A stretch of DNA of 64,000 bases. Source: Diplonema japonicum. Taxonomy: Eukaryota > Protista > Euglenozoa: Diplonemea. The notes under the pieces were generated by a model, which saw nothing but the letters and a program-made list of their open reading frames with translations, was not told the DNA's origin and ran no database searches. The stretch spans positions 124,001 through 188,000 of the forward strand of contig OZ025699.1 in the NCBI GenBank assembly GCA_964019335.1, in the 5' to 3' direction. Of the stretch, positions 61,883-64,000 are shown piece by piece. Both the position numbers and the translations under genes were made by a program. Each line of letters opens with the position of its first letter. Positions within the stretch are counted from its first letter, which is position 1.

Positions 61883-64000
61883 TTAGTCCCCGTTGTCCCC
61901 GTTCTGGGGGCTCTGGCGGGTTCCTACTGCGGTGGTCATGCTGCGGGGCAGCCTTGTCGGTGTCTGCGACAGGTACCTGTCCCGCAAGCCTTCGATGCTA
62001 CTCATGGTTCGTTCCGGGAGTACTCGGGAGGCCTCCTGTCATACCCGTGTGTGGTCGGTCCTCCGATACAGCGTAGGGAGTTGACGCGCTCCACTCGCGC
62101 CGCTGGGAACGCTACCCCTCTGCCATCAGCGTGGTACAGGTCCTGGACTCGTCTCAGCACATACCGTAGCCTCCTTGCCTTGACGCCCAGGTCCTCCACC
62201 TTGCCCACTTCCCCGCCGTCGTCCAGCGGCAGCTCCATCTCCCTCTCGAAGTCGAGGGCCAGCTCTAACGTCGTCACCGCCGTGTGCCGACCAGGCGCGT
62301 CATCCCACAGCAGGCCTCCCAACCACCTCAGCACCGGCCTCAGCAGCTTGTCCATCACTGTTCCTGACGCCCCCAGCCTTCGTAGTTCAGACACCGTCGG
62401 CGTCGGGTGCGCCCTCCCCGTCACGACCGCCCGCCACGGGTAAGCTTGTGTCTGCAGTGCGCGGTTCGCTTCCACCGCTGCATCCCTCCGCGTGACTACC
62501 TCCAGCAGGTACTTCTGCACCAGTAAGGCCCTTGGCTTGTCTTGGCAGCCTCTGGGCACCACCCCATGGAGCCTCGTCGCCTTCGGCATAGCTGCCGGGT
62601 CCAGGTTCGCGTACTCCACCTTGCTCCGCACCGCGACACCCGGCTCGCATCGCCAGAGGGCGTGCTCCAGCACCTCCGTGTAGCTGCCGAACCGTTCCTC
62701 ACACACGTCGCAGAGGTGCTGCAGCGGGTTGTTCGGTTCCTGCGCCACGCCCCGCGCTCCCGGGTAGACCGCAAACACCGCTCCTGCAATCAGCCTCCTC
62801 AGTCGGTACGCCGCCACTGGGTTGCCCGAGAGTGACCTCCACCACACGTTCGTGTCCGGGTCGGCTCCCTCCGGCATGCCGTCGTAGGAGTCCCTCCCTT
62901 CTGCTAGCTCGGCTGCCGTCATGGCCCTCGCCACCCGCCGGATCTCGTGCTTGCGCTCGCGTTCCGGCATGGCACCCAGCCCCACCACGAAATTCCAGCC
63001 TTTCCCGATCGCCGGCAGCCATCTTCTCATCAGGGTCCCCACTGGCCCCAGGGCTTCAATATCGCACTCCCGGTACAGGGCGGCACACCTCCCCATCCGG
63101 TCCCACAGCTCCGTATCCGACCCGCCTACCTTCACTACTGTGCACAGCAGTCGGTAAAGTGTCACCACCAGCGGGTCCGTCGTGTGCCCTGGCAGCAAGA
63201 CGTTCGCAACAGCACACGGCGAGCGCATCTTGAACTTCGGTCCCCAGAGGCACGTCGCAACACTCGCTCGGATTGTACCCGCATCCATTTTCGAGGGGGG
63301 TGCATAGGCAACACCGTAGAGGCAGGAGGGGAGAATGGAGCTGGTGAGGATCCTCGCCTTCTGTGTGAACCCCAGCGGCATGGCGGCCAGTCTCCCGCAA
63401 GCGCGTCCCATCGCCTCAAGGGGCTTCGCCCTGTGCTCGCCGTCCATACATACCCGGACTCCCAGGACGTTGATCTCCTTTTTGGCCGTGAGCACCTCAC
63501 GTCCGCACTTCACCGTTCCGTGTTCTGCCGTTGTGAACAGGTCTGTCTTCCTCAGGTTGAGGTTCATCCCTGTCAGCAGAGAGAACTCGCACACCCCCGC
63601 TGCCGCCTTCTCCAGGGCGCTGAGCAGAGCTGCTATCAAGTAGACGTCGTCCGCGTATGACAGGGAATCAGCGCCGGGCACCTCCGCCATGATGGCCTTC
63701 ACCATCACCCCTACCAGCGCGTTCACCATCACCACCGAGATCGGGCACCCCTGCAGGATGCCGTTCGACGTAGCAAATTCGTCACCCACCCCTGTCGGGT
63801 ACTTGAACCTCCGTCTGAGGGATTCGTACATCGTCTCCAGAGGGCGCAGTATGTTCTGATGCAGTCCCAGGTCCCCCATTAGCCCGAGCGCCACTTCCCG
63901 CGGGATTCGGTCGAAGCACTTGACAAAGTCTAGCGCGAGCCCGTGCATCGGCGTTCCCGATAGCAGAGCTTCTTCGAGCTGCGTCGTCAGTTCCAGCAGT
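61883..64000 (-). CDS. Family E LINE ORF2, C-terminal part (RT and Zn motif; same clade as D); 5' part outside the window
   Basis: DFVKCFD, GILQGCPIS, YADD, CDVC..H..C; frameshift near 62020, D-like tail ends at TAA 61883. Confidence 0.88.

Overview
Eukaryotic nuclear DNA, very probably a diplonemid (Euglenozoa), judged from a diplonemid-type 39-nt spliced leader at 61506-61544 and a euglenozoan-like 5S rRNA. No host protein-coding gene is recognisable. The window is a retroelement nest built around a small Pol III cluster: convergent tRNA-Asn and tRNA-Asp plus a 5'-truncated 5S. It holds: (A) four near-identical Ingi/I-group LINE copies (Ala/Lys-rich ORF1; 2A-like, APE, RT, RNase H), three of them head-to-tail and ending 11 nt upstream of tRNA-Asn; (B) two related LINEs, one ending 4 nt upstream of tRNA-Asp and one split by a Penelope-like element; (C) a truncated relative of B; a Penelope-like element with N-terminal GIY-YIG and two Josephin-like domains; (D, E) two APE-RT LINEs without RNase H, D with a pseudo-OTU ORF1 and an SL at its 5' end; and tyrosine-recombinase element fragments. 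The best novelty candidates are a ~167-nt covarying, possibly pseudoknotted RNA placed before the 2A-led ORF2 in B and C (IGR-IRES-like), LINE insertion immediately upstream of tRNA genes, and deubiquitinase-like cargo domains. All family and domain calls come from reading motifs by eye; no searches were run.
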